From an uncultured delta proteobacterium (GTDB lineage Bacteria > Desulfobacterota > Desulfobacteria > Desulfobacterales > Desulfatirhabdiaceae): 64,000 nucleotides of DNA. The translations under genes and the position numbers were made by a program. Shown in pieces: positions 44,069 to 53,398 of this stretch. The notes below the pieces were generated by a model. The model did not search any database and was not told where the DNA came from. It worked only from the letters and a program-made list of their open reading frames with translations. The stretch spans positions 64,001 to 128,000 of the forward strand of contig CAWBKP010000015.1 of assembly GCA_963789395.1 (NCBI GenBank), given 5' to 3'. The first letter of the stretch is position 1, and every line of letters begins with the position of its first letter.

Positions 44069-45064
44069 ATGAATAAACCCAAAATCGCTCTATACTGGTG
44101 TGCCAGCTGCGGCGGATGCGAAGAATCGCTCATTGATCTGGGAGAAGATCTGCTGAAACTGGCGCAATCCGCAGATATCATTTTCTGGCCCGCAGCCATC
44201 GACGCCCGGTTTGCAGATCTTGAAGCCCTGGCCGATGGCGCCATTCTGGCGTCCCTGATTAACGGCGCCATTCAGCAGGAAGATCATGTCATCATGGCCA
44301 GACTGCTGCGGAAAAAATCCAGATTCGTCATTGCAAACGGCGCATGTGCTCATATCGGCGGCATTATCGGCCTTGCCAACCTTCACCGGCCCGAAGAAGC
44401 GATTCAAAGAGCGTATATCGATGCCGAGACCGTTTTCAATCCAACCCGTGCAATTCCCGGATCTGAACCTTACTCAGGCTGTCCGTTGCCCCGGCGCCTG
44501 AGCCGGGTCAGGACGTTGGATCAGGTCATCGAAGTGGATTTTTATATTCCCGGCTGTCCACCCCCTTCGGAATTGGTGAAAAATGCCGTTTTCTGTGTTC
44601 TGGAAAACCGCCTGCCGCCAAAAGGCAGCATCCTGTCCGAAAACCGGGCGATCTGCCATTCCTGTCCCCGGCAAGGCACGCTGCCCGGACGGCTGTCTGT
44701 CCGCCGCTTCAAACGAATTCAAGAAACCCTGTGGAATCCGCTTGAATGTTTTCTGGACCAGGGGATCATTTGCCTGGGACCTGCCACACGGGGAGGCTGT
44801 CTGTCGCGGTGTATTTCTGCAAACATGCCCTGCAGGGGGTGCATGGGCCCCCTGGACGGCGTTCGGGATCAGGGGGCAACCGCCATTTCTTTCATCGCAT
44901 CCCTCATAGATGAAACCGACGCCGAGAAAATCGCTGAAATTGTCTCTGAAATCGCCGATCCGGCAGGGCTGTTTTACCGTTACAGTTTGGCTGCGTCGCT
45001 GATCAAACAGGCAGTAAAAAACGCCATCAGACAGGCCGATGACTTTCCAAAGGGACCATCATGA
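44069..45064 (+). CDS. [NiFe]-hydrogenase small subunit, MvhG/VhuG-like, cytoplasmic
   Basis: CASCGGCE, GACA, IPGCPP, CHSC, CFLDQGIICLGP and CRGCMGP motifs; no Tat signal. Confidence 0.88.
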   Translation: MNKPKIALYWCASCGGCEESLIDLGEDLLKLAQSADIIFWPAAIDARFADLEALADGAILASLINGAIQQEDHVIMARLLRKKSRFVIANGACAHIGGIIGLANLHRPEEAIQRAYIDAETVFNPTRAIPGSEPYSGCPLPRRLSRVRTLDQVIEVDFYIPGCPPPSELVKNAVFCVLENRLPPKGSILSENRAICHSCPRQGTLPGRLSVRRFKRIQETLWNPLECFLDQGIICLGPATRGGCLSRCISANMPCRGCMGPLDGVRDQGATAISFIASLIDETDAEKIAEIVSEIADPAGLFYRYSLAASLIKQAVKNAIRQADDFPKGPS

Positions 45065-46452
45065 ACCGTCGCATCCTTATTGACCCGATTACGCGTATAG
45101 AAGGGCATGGTAAAATTGAAATCAACCTGGATTCACAGGGAAAGGTCAGCACGGCACGGTTTCAGGTTCCGGAGTTCAGGGGATTTGAAAAATTCTGCGA
45201 GGGCAGGGCCGCAGAAGAAATGCCGATACTCACCCAGAAGATCTGCGGAGTCTGCCCAACCGCCCATCACATCGCATCCACCAAAGCCCTTGACGATCTG
45301 TTCAATGTCTCTGCGCCCCCTGCTGCAACAAAAATCCGCGAGCTGGCCTATCACGCCTTCATGTACGAAGATCACCTGCTTCATACCTATTATCTTGGTG
45401 GACCGGACTGGATCCTGGGACCGGATGTTCCGGCTTCCCAGCGAAACATACTCGGCCTATCGGACAGAATGGGAAAACCCTTCACCGCGATGATGATGAC
45501 AGCAAGGAATAAAGCCAGAGAAATCATTTCCAGAATTACGGGAAGCGCACTCTATCCGGTTTTTGGACTTCCCGGCGGCATTTCAAAAGCATTGGGCTCA
45601 GCAGACAGGGATTTTGCACTCCAGGCTTCCGGAGACATGGTTGCTTTTGCCGGACTTTCCCTGAAACTATTTGAAAAAATCCTGCTGAAAAACGCTTCTC
45701 TGTCAAAAATGATGACAGATCCCTTATATTTTCACCCGACTTATTATCTGGGAATGATCGATGATAGCGGCAGACTTAGCTTTTATGACGGCAGAATTCG
45801 AATAATCGATCCGGATGGAATCATTCATTCAACTTTTGATGCCGGGGATTTTTCCCGCCATCTGTCTGAACGGGTTGAGCCCTGGACTTACATGAAAACC
45901 CTGGCACTGAAGGATGCAGGCCAAAGCGGTTTTTCCGCAAATGCGCCACCCGGCATTTATCGGGTCGGGCCGCTGGCCAGGCTGAATGTCTCAACAGGGC
46001 TTTCCACACCGCTGGCTCATGCCGAATATGAAAATATGATGGATTATTTTGGTAAAAAACCCGTTCATCACACCATGGCCTACCACTGGGCCAGATTGAT
46101 CGAAGTGCTTTATGCCGCCGAACGGACTGCCGAAATCGCCGCAGATGCGAACATTCTTGACACGGAAGTTCGGTCCCTGCCCAAACCGCTGCTAACCGAA
46201 CAATCGGGTACCGGAGCCTGCGAAGCGCCCAGAGGAACCTTGTTTCATAGCTATCTGGCAGACTCACAGGCGATAATACAGAAACTCAACCTTGTCGTTG
46301 CCACGCAGCACAATGCGGCTGCCATCTGCCACTCGGTATATCAGGCAGCTTCACAGCTCATTTCGGACGGTCAGATTTCAGAGTCGATCCTGAACCGGAT
46401 CGAAATGGCTTACCGGGCCTACGATCCCTGCCTGGCCTGCGCAACGCACTGA
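45061..46452 (+). CDS. [NiFe]-hydrogenase large subunit, MvhA-like (group 3), without C-terminal extension
   Basis: DPITRIEGH, L1 QKICGVCPTAH, EAPRG and L2 DPCLACATH followed directly by a stop. Confidence 0.9.
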   Translation: MNRRILIDPITRIEGHGKIEINLDSQGKVSTARFQVPEFRGFEKFCEGRAAEEMPILTQKICGVCPTAHHIASTKALDDLFNVSAPPAATKIRELAYHAFMYEDHLLHTYYLGGPDWILGPDVPASQRNILGLSDRMGKPFTAMMMTARNKAREIISRITGSALYPVFGLPGGISKALGSADRDFALQASGDMVAFAGLSLKLFEKILLKNASLSKMMTDPLYFHPTYYLGMIDDSGRLSFYDGRIRIIDPDGIIHSTFDAGDFSRHLSERVEPWTYMKTLALKDAGQSGFSANAPPGIYRVGPLARLNVSTGLSTPLAHAEYENMMDYFGKKPVHHTMAYHWARLIEVLYAAERTAEIAADANILDTEVRSLPKPLLTEQSGTGACEAPRGTLFHSYLADSQAIIQKLNLVVATQHNAAAICHSVYQAASQLISDGQISESILNRIEMAYRAYDPCLACATH

Positions 46453-46488
46453 ATACAGAAGAAAACGATATTATTCCGAAAATATCCA

Positions 46489-46497
46489 TGTTATAAT
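46489..46497 (+). promoter_or_regulatory. Extended -10 promoter element upstream of the TusA-like gene
   Basis: TG-T-TATAAT in an AT-rich spacer. Confidence 0.45.
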
Positions 46498-46569
46498 ATT
46501 TTGAGATATATTCATTTATTGTTAGTTGCCACTGATAATGAACACCCCGTATAAAGGGAGGCTAACCAA

Positions 46570-46794
46570 ATGGCAGTCGTGGTACTTGATGCACTCGGGG
46601 TAAAATGTCCTCAGCCTGTTTTAAAAATCGCCGTAAAAGCCCCCAGTATGGCGGCTGGCGATATTCTGGAAGTGCTGGGGGACTGCCCGACATTTGAACG
46701 CGATATCCGGGCTTGGTGCCAGCGTCTCGGGAAAGTGATGCTTTCGGTAAAGGAAGAAGGCGACGATGCCAAAAGAATTCAGATTCAATTCTGA
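46570..46794 (+). CDS. TusA/SirA-family sulfur-carrier protein
   Basis: LDALGVKCPQP (CPxP motif), 74 aa, GGAGG RBS. Confidence 0.88.
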   Translation: MAVVVLDALGVKCPQPVLKIAVKAPSMAAGDILEVLGDCPTFERDIRAWCQRLGKVMLSVKEEGDDAKRIQIQF

Positions 46795-46912
46795 CGAAAT
46801 GCTTTGGGCGCCTTTGATACGTGGCATATCGACCTGCATTTTGGTATCAATTGCAGGAACTGATTTTACCCCTTTTTTGACCCAATAAAAGACTTTCAGA
46901 AGGATTAGATAC

Positions 46913-49477
46913 GTGACCGCTCCTGCCCCCTGCTGGGAACAATTCGGGTGTAGCCAGAAAGACTGCCCGGTAAAGATGTTAAACAAAACCGAATGTTGGA
47001 GCGTCCCCTCTCTGAACTGCCGGGGAGAACTTCTGGAAAGCTTTTCAGATAAAATAAAAAAATGCCTGGACTGCCTCTATTTCAAGCAGATCAAAACCCC
47101 GGAAATCCTTGAGGCCATGCTTGCTCAACTGCTTGGTTGGCATACTGAAGCCGTCAAACTGTCTTTGGAACAGGGTCGTGATCAGGAGCTTAACCATGCT
47201 GAAATGTCCGTTGGGCTGTCCGAAGTATTTGAAGCCCTGAGAAAAATCGCATCCGGGGACCCGTCTGTTCGAATCTCAGAAGACTCCAACCTTGAGCTTA
47301 TCACCCATCTGAAAGAACTGGTCAACCTTACGGCCCTAAACTTGGGCGAAATTGTTGACCTGTCGCATGAATTTGCCATCGGCCTGGCTGAACATTTTGA
47401 TGTCCTGCACCGGGTGTCATGCGGCGATCTTTCAGCACGGATCACGGGAACGTCGCCCGTGGAGCTTCTGGAGTCCTTAAAGCACGTCACAAACGATATG
47501 ATCCAAAACGTATCCCGGCAAATCGCCGACCGGAGAAAAGCCGAAGAAGAGGCCCAGGAAAACGAACGACTGATATCTACCCTGATGAAAAATCTTCCCG
47601 GCATGGTGTATCGGTGCCGGAACGACAGCAACTGGACCATGACTTTTGTCAGCGATGGATGCATGAACCTGACCGGATATGCGCCGCATGATCTGATTGG
47701 CAACCGAACTCGGTCCTTTAATGATCTGATTCACCCCGACGACCAGGAGATGGTTTGGAAACAGGTTCAGGAAGCCGTTTTACAGCAGCGTCCCTATCAG
47801 CTTCAGTACCGGATTGAGGATGCAGTCGGCAATGAAAAATGGGTCTGGGAGCAGGGATCGGGCGTTTACTCGGATGAAGGCGAACTGCTTGCCCTGGAAG
47901 GCTTTATCAATGATATTACCGAGCGAAAAACGTCAGAGGTACTGATCAAGGCTTCCGAGGCAAAATACCGGGCACTGGTGAACAATATACAGGATGGCGT
48001 CTTTATCCTTCAGGACAGCAAAATTCGATTTGTGAACGATGCCCTGGCGTGCATGCTGGGATATTCGGTAGAAGAGATGACGGATCTGGACTTTCTGATA
48101 CTGGTTGCCCCGGAATACCAGCAGGTTACGGCCGATCGCTACCGCCGGCGACAGGCCGGTGAAATCGTCGAAAGCGAATATGAATTTGATCTTCTTCATA
48201 AGGATGGTGCCACCCGGTTGACAGTCAACCTGAACATCGGCGTTTTTACCTATCGGGGAAAAACAGCCAGCCTCGGAACCATCAAGGATATCACCGATAA
48301 AAAGCGTGCCGCGCAGGAACGGATAAAACTGGAAAGTCAACTCCAGCAGGCGAATAAAATGGAAGCCATCGGCACGCTTGCCGGCGGCATTGCCCATGAT
48401 TTTAACAACCTGCTCATGGGCATTCTCGGCAATGCCACCCTGACACTGATGAACATGGACCCCGGACATCCTGGTTACGATCGACTGAAAAACATCGAAA
48501 AATATGTTCAAAGTGGCGCGGAACTCACCCGACAACTTCTGGGGTTTGCCAGAGGGGGAAAATTTGAAGTCAGGCCAACCAATCTGAACGAATTGATCCG
48601 GCACACTTCGGAGATGTTCGGCCGCACGAAAAAGGAAATCACCATCTGTTTAAACCTTCAAAAAGACATCTGGACGGTTGATGTGGACCGGGGTCAGATC
48701 GAGCAGGTGCTGCTGAATTTTTATGTCAACGCCTGGCAGGCCATGCCCTCTGGCGGGAAACTTCATCTTCAAACCGCAAATGAGACCCTGGACAACAGTT
48801 ATATCCAGGCTTTTTCCGTGGTTCCTGGAAATTACGTCAATTTTTCCATAACCGACACCGGCGTGGGGATGGATTCCGACACCCAGAAACGCGTATTCGA
48901 GCCGTTTTTCACCACCAAGGAAAAAGGCAGAGGAACCGGACTGGGACTGGCGTCGGCTTACGGGATCATCAAAAATCACGGCGGCTTTATCAATGTAATG
49001 AGTGAACAAGGAAAGGGAACGTCTTTTACAGTCTATCTTCCGGCTTCAACAAAACCGGCACGCTTTGAGAGGAAAGTTCCCGAAGCTGTTGTAAAGGGTT
49101 CAGGAACGATTCTCCTGGTGGATGATGAGCAGATGATCCTTGATGTCGGCACCCAGATGCTGGAAAAACTGGGCTATGAGGTGGTAACCGCACCAAACGG
49201 CCAGGAGGCCGTCAAGATTTTTGAATGCAACCAGGACCGCATTGTTCTGGTGATCCTGGATATGATCATGCCGGTAATGGGCGGCAGCGAAACCTTTGAT
49301 AAACTCAAATCGATTCATCCATCCCTGAAGGTTCTTCTGTCCAGCGGCTATGCGGTTGATGGCCAGGCATCCGATATCCTGAACCGCGGTTGCAACGGGT
49401 TTATCCAGAAGCCATTCAACCTGGAAACACTGTCCAGAAAAACCAACGAGGCCCTGGTTCCGGATACAATGAATTAA
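46913..49477 (+). CDS. Soluble hybrid sensor histidine kinase (Cys-rich N-terminus, 2 HAMP-like, 2 PAS, HisKA, HATPase, REC)
   Basis: AHDFNNLL H-box, NAWQAM, DTGVGM, FEPFFTTK and GTGLGL; receiver VDDE...LDMIMP...QKP; no TM helix apparent. Confidence 0.93.
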   Translation: MTAPAPCWEQFGCSQKDCPVKMLNKTECWSVPSLNCRGELLESFSDKIKKCLDCLYFKQIKTPEILEAMLAQLLGWHTEAVKLSLEQGRDQELNHAEMSVGLSEVFEALRKIASGDPSVRISEDSNLELITHLKELVNLTALNLGEIVDLSHEFAIGLAEHFDVLHRVSCGDLSARITGTSPVELLESLKHVTNDMIQNVSRQIADRRKAEEEAQENERLISTLMKNLPGMVYRCRNDSNWTMTFVSDGCMNLTGYAPHDLIGNRTRSFNDLIHPDDQEMVWKQVQEAVLQQRPYQLQYRIEDAVGNEKWVWEQGSGVYSDEGELLALEGFINDITERKTSEVLIKASEAKYRALVNNIQDGVFILQDSKIRFVNDALACMLGYSVEEMTDLDFLILVAPEYQQVTADRYRRRQAGEIVESEYEFDLLHKDGATRLTVNLNIGVFTYRGKTASLGTIKDITDKKRAAQERIKLESQLQQANKMEAIGTLAGGIAHDFNNLLMGILGNATLTLMNMDPGHPGYDRLKNIEKYVQSGAELTRQLLGFARGGKFEVRPTNLNELIRHTSEMFGRTKKEITICLNLQKDIWTVDVDRGQIEQVLLNFYVNAWQAMPSGGKLHLQTANETLDNSYIQAFSVVPGNYVNFSITDTGVGMDSDTQKRVFEPFFTTKEKGRGTGLGLASAYGIIKNHGGFINVMSEQGKGTSFTVYLPASTKPARFERKVPEAVVKGSGTILLVDDEQMILDVGTQMLEKLGYEVVTAPNGQEAVKIFECNQDRIVLVILDMIMPVMGGSETFDKLKSIHPSLKVLLSSGYAVDGQASDILNRGCNGFIQKPFNLETLSRKTNEALVPDTMN

Positions 49478-49610
49478 AATTCATTGTATTTGACCTGCTG
49501 TTTTTTTTGTCTTTCTGAGAATATATTCCAAATTCATTCCCAGATTAATTCAATTATTCGCTTGAATTAACGGAATATATTTCCCATTCCCTCCCCAGCT
49601 CATGTTTTTC

Positions 49611-49657
49611 TTGACATCGCAAGTCATCCTCTGGTAAATGAATGAATACTCATTCAT
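49611..49657 (+). promoter_or_regulatory. sigma70 promoter overlapped by a FadR-type palindromic operator
   Basis: TTGACA at 49611; ATGAATGAATACTCATTCAT at 49638-49657. Confidence 0.75.
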
Positions 49658-49735
49658 ATTCAAGCGGAATCGGGTCTTAATCATTCGGCGTTTCCATATA
49701 ACAGGGGTATGAAATCAACCACTCAGGAGGCTATT

Positions 49736-52141
49736 ATGAACAGAAAAATCAGGACGGCTGCAGTTATCGGCTCAGGCGTCATGGGCGGCGGGATTGCCGC
49801 GCTTCTTGCCAGCGCCGGCGTCAAAACGCTGTTGCTGGACATTGTTCCATTTGACTTGAAGGACACGGAGAAAACCAACCCGGCTGCCAGAAACCGGATC
49901 GTCAAGGCCGGGATGGATACGGTTCTGATGTCCAGGCCGGCCCTTCTCATGCAGCGGAAAGACGCCGATCTGATCACCATCGGAAACATGGAGGATGATT
50001 TCCACAAGCTTTCAGACTGCGACTGGATTGTCGAGGTTGTGGTTGAAAACCTGAAAATCAAACAGGAACTTTTTAAACGCATCGAACCGGTCCGCAAAAA
50101 AGGCAGCATCATTTCCTCAAACACATCCGGAATTCCGCTGAAAGCCATGTCCGAAGGACTGAGCCAGGATTTTCGTCAGCATTTTCTGGGAACGCACTTC
50201 TTCAATCCGGTCCGGTACATGAAGCTACTGGAAATCATTCCCGGCGAGGAAACCCTGTCTGAAGTCCTTTCCTTCATGGCCGATTACGGCGAACGGATTC
50301 TGGGTAAAGGCATCGTATGGGCCAAGGATACTCCCAATTTCGTCGCCAACCGGATCGGGGTTCAGGGCATTGTCAAGGCCATGCAGCTCATGATGGAAGA
50401 CGGCATCAGCATTCCCGAAGTGGACGCACTGTTCGGCCCGGTTCTGGGCCGCCCAAAAACCGCCATGTTCAAGACCACCGACCTGGTGGGTCTGGACACC
50501 ATGGGGCATGTTGCCGGCAACACTCATGCCCTGGTGGTGAACGATGAAGCCAGGGACAGTTTTGTCGTACCGGATTTTGTCAAGAAAATGATCGAAAAGA
50601 AGTTTCTGGGCAATAAAACCCAGGGCGGCTTTTACAAAACCGAGCTGACCCCCGAATGGAAAAAAATCCGGAAAGTCATTGATCCGTCCACCCTGGAATA
50701 TGTGGAATACGCCCCTGCGGATTTTCCCTGTCTGGCTGCGGCAAAAAATGCCAAAACCCTTCCCGAGAAAATGAAAGCCGTGCTGTACGGGGATGACAGA
50801 GGCGCCCGCTATGCCTGGAAAGCCCTTTCCCACAATCTGATTTATTCGGCCAACCGGATTCCGGAGATTTCCGACACCCTCGTTGAAATCGACAACGGCA
50901 TGAAATGGGGCTTTAATTTCACCATGGGCCCATTTGAAACCTGGGATGCCATCGGACTGGTCGAATCCGTTGCAAGAATGGAAAAAGACGGACTTGCGGT
51001 TCCGGCCGCCATCAAAAAAATGATCGCAGCCGGCCATACGGCATTCTATAAAACCGAAGCCGGCAAACTCCAGTATTATGATTTTGCGTCCGGATCCTAC
51101 AAGGATGTCAAGACCAGCGAGAATGTCATCTCCCTGGCATCTCTGAAAGCTGCCGGAAAACTGGTAAAAACCTGCAAATCCGCTTCGTTGGTGGACATCG
51201 GCGACGGCGTCTTCTGCTGTGAATTCCACACCAAGATGAATGCCCTCAACGGCGAAATCGTTCAGTTTATGGGGGAATGCACGGACTACGTAGACGCCAA
51301 CGGCGTGGGCCTTGTCATCGGCAACCAGGCAGGCGGCATGCCCGGCGCATTTTCAGCCGGCGGAGATCTTGCTTTCATGTCCGCCCTGGCAAAGGAAGGC
51401 AAATACGCGGAAATCGATGCGTTTCTGGCCCAGGCGCATGCAGGATCACTTAAAACCAGATATTCCAGCTTTCCGGTTGTGGCAGCGCCTTATGGCATGA
51501 CACTAGGCGGCGGATGCGAAGTATGCCTGTTCGCCGACAGGATCGTGGCCCATTCGGAGCTTTATATGGGGCTGGTTGAAATCGGCGTTGGCCTTCTGCC
51601 CGGTGGCGGAGGCTGCCTGAATTTGTGGCGGAAAATGACGGCCAATATTCCCGAAGCAGCCACGGATGTGGATCTGGCAAAATTCTTCGTTCCGACCTTC
51701 ATGGCCATTGCCATGGCCAAGGTATCCACATCGGCCGCAGAAGCCCGTGCCAATGGATTTCTGGGTCCCAATGACCGGATCATCTTCAACCGGGATTATC
51801 TGATCGGCGAAGCCAAAAAAGAAGTCCTGAAAATGGTGGATGAAGGCTATGCGCCGCCAGTCAAGCGCAAGATCAAGGTTTTCGGCCAAGCAGCCCAGGG
51901 CATGATCAATGCCGAGCTCTTCAACATGGAAAGCGCCAAATTCGTCAGCGAATACGACGTGTTTTTAGCCAAACGCATTGCTTTTGTCATCAGTGGCGGA
52001 GACGTGCGAACCAACAGCGAGGTGGATGAAGAAACCATTCTCAAGCTGGAACGCGATGCGTTCATCGATTTCTGGAAACAGGAAAAAACCGTTGCCAGAG
52101 TCGACCATATCCTGAAAACCGGCAAACCGCTTAGAAATTAA
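49736..52141 (+). CDS. fadN: 3-hydroxyacyl-CoA dehydrogenase/enoyl-CoA hydratase (FadN type)
   Basis: GSGVMG, EVVVENL, SNTSG, HFFNP, GGGCE, GLVEIGVG and the C-terminal GKPLRN. Confidence 0.9.
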   Translation: MNRKIRTAAVIGSGVMGGGIAALLASAGVKTLLLDIVPFDLKDTEKTNPAARNRIVKAGMDTVLMSRPALLMQRKDADLITIGNMEDDFHKLSDCDWIVEVVVENLKIKQELFKRIEPVRKKGSIISSNTSGIPLKAMSEGLSQDFRQHFLGTHFFNPVRYMKLLEIIPGEETLSEVLSFMADYGERILGKGIVWAKDTPNFVANRIGVQGIVKAMQLMMEDGISIPEVDALFGPVLGRPKTAMFKTTDLVGLDTMGHVAGNTHALVVNDEARDSFVVPDFVKKMIEKKFLGNKTQGGFYKTELTPEWKKIRKVIDPSTLEYVEYAPADFPCLAAAKNAKTLPEKMKAVLYGDDRGARYAWKALSHNLIYSANRIPEISDTLVEIDNGMKWGFNFTMGPFETWDAIGLVESVARMEKDGLAVPAAIKKMIAAGHTAFYKTEAGKLQYYDFASGSYKDVKTSENVISLASLKAAGKLVKTCKSASLVDIGDGVFCCEFHTKMNALNGEIVQFMGECTDYVDANGVGLVIGNQAGGMPGAFSAGGDLAFMSALAKEGKYAEIDAFLAQAHAGSLKTRYSSFPVVAAPYGMTLGGGCEVCLFADRIVAHSELYMGLVEIGVGLLPGGGGCLNLWRKMTANIPEAATDVDLAKFFVPTFMAIAMAKVSTSAAEARANGFLGPNDRIIFNRDYLIGEAKKEVLKMVDEGYAPPVKRKIKVFGQAAQGMINAELFNMESAKFVSEYDVFLAKRIAFVISGGDVRTNSEVDEETILKLERDAFIDFWKQEKTVARVDHILKTGKPLRN

Positions 52142-52159
52142 GAATAGGAGAATTCTACT

Positions 52160-53338
52160 ATGAGAGACGCTTATATCGTTACATCCGTTCGAACCCCGGG
52201 GTGCCGGCGAGGCAAGGGGGGATTCAAAGACACACGGCCGGAAGACCTGCTGTCCTTTATTCTGAATGCAGCCATGGAAAAAACCCCGAACCTGGAAAAG
52301 AAAGACGTGGATGACATGATGATCGGCTGCTCGTTTCCGGAAGCAGAACAGGGGCTGAATATCGGCCGCATCGCCTCCCAGATCGCCGGATTTCCCCCGG
52401 AAGTCTCCGGTGCAACCGTTAACCGGTTCTGCTCATCCGGGCTTGAAGCCATTGCCCTGGCGTCCCTGCGGGTCATGTCCGGGTGGTCCGATATCGTCAT
52501 CGGCGGCGGCATCGAATCCATGACGTATGTGCCGATGGGCGGAAATCTTCCCCGGCCGCATCCGGATCACAGCAAAACGCGCGCGGATCTCTACGCGTCC
52601 ATGGGCATTACCGCGGAAAACGTCGCCAACCGCTACAAGGTGTCCCGGCAGGAGCAGGATGAATTTGCGTATCAGTCTCACCTGAAAGCCGGCGAGGCAA
52701 AAGCCAAGGGGCTCTTTACCGAAATCGTTCCGACACCTGCTGCAAAATTCGTCAAACAGCCGGACGGGACATACAAGAAAGAAACATTCATCGTATCCGA
52801 TGATGACGGCATCCGGGAAAGCACCACAGTGGAAGGGCTTGCCAAACTGCGGCCGGTATTTGCTGCCAACGGATCCGTTACAGCCGGGAATTCCTCCCAG
52901 ACCACGGACGGCGCGGCTGCAACCATCATTATGTGCGGCGAAAAAGTCAAGGCCCTTGGCCTTAAACCCATTGCCAAGCTCAAATGCTACACCACTGTCG
53001 GCTGCGAAGCCGATGAAATGGGCGTCGGCCCCCGGTACGCCATACCCAAGCTCCTGAAACTGGCAGGAATGTCGATCCAGGATATCGACCTTTTCGAGAT
53101 CAACGAAGCCTTTGCATCCCAGGCCATTTACAGCGTCCGGGAACTTGGCATCGATATGGCCAGAGTCAACATTCACGGCGGCGCCATTGCGCTGGGGCAT
53201 CCGCTGGGCTGCACCGGCGCCAAACTCTGCGCCACGCTTCTGGCCAACATGAAACAGCGCGGTGTCAAATACGGCATCGAATCCATGTGCATCGGCGGCG
53301 GCATGGGCGCGGCAGCCTTATTCGAAATGTGCGACTAA
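52160..53338 (+). CDS. fadA: Acetyl-CoA C-acyltransferase (canonical thiolase)
   Basis: NRFCSSG, NEAF, GHPLG and MCIGGG motifs. Confidence 0.92.
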   Translation: MRDAYIVTSVRTPGCRRGKGGFKDTRPEDLLSFILNAAMEKTPNLEKKDVDDMMIGCSFPEAEQGLNIGRIASQIAGFPPEVSGATVNRFCSSGLEAIALASLRVMSGWSDIVIGGGIESMTYVPMGGNLPRPHPDHSKTRADLYASMGITAENVANRYKVSRQEQDEFAYQSHLKAGEAKAKGLFTEIVPTPAAKFVKQPDGTYKKETFIVSDDDGIRESTTVEGLAKLRPVFAANGSVTAGNSSQTTDGAAATIIMCGEKVKALGLKPIAKLKCYTTVGCEADEMGVGPRYAIPKLLKLAGMSIQDIDLFEINEAFASQAIYSVRELGIDMARVNIHGGAIALGHPLGCTGAKLCATLLANMKQRGVKYGIESMCIGGGMGAAALFEMCD

Positions 53339-53376
53339 AAAAAGGGGGGCGAATCAAACGATTCCGCCCCCCCTTT
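53338..53376. terminator. Intrinsic terminator between convergent fadA and ptsI (probably bidirectional)
   Basis: A-run, GGGGGGCG stem, loop, CGCCCCCC stem, TTT. Confidence 0.8.
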
Positions 53377-53398
53377 CACGCACACGATCTTGTAATTC

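Noticed and set aside
46450..46560. TGA after the hydrogenase His as a Sec codon or readthrough giving a C-terminal tail
   Set aside because: Sec in NiFeSe enzymes replaces the first L2 Cys, which is TGC here. The downstream DNA is AT-rich, promoter-like and has no evident SECIS hairpin.
46822..46838. sigma54 promoter upstream of the hybrid kinase (TGGCAT...TGCA)
   Set aside because: GG-to-GC spacing is one base too long, and sigma54 spacing is strict.
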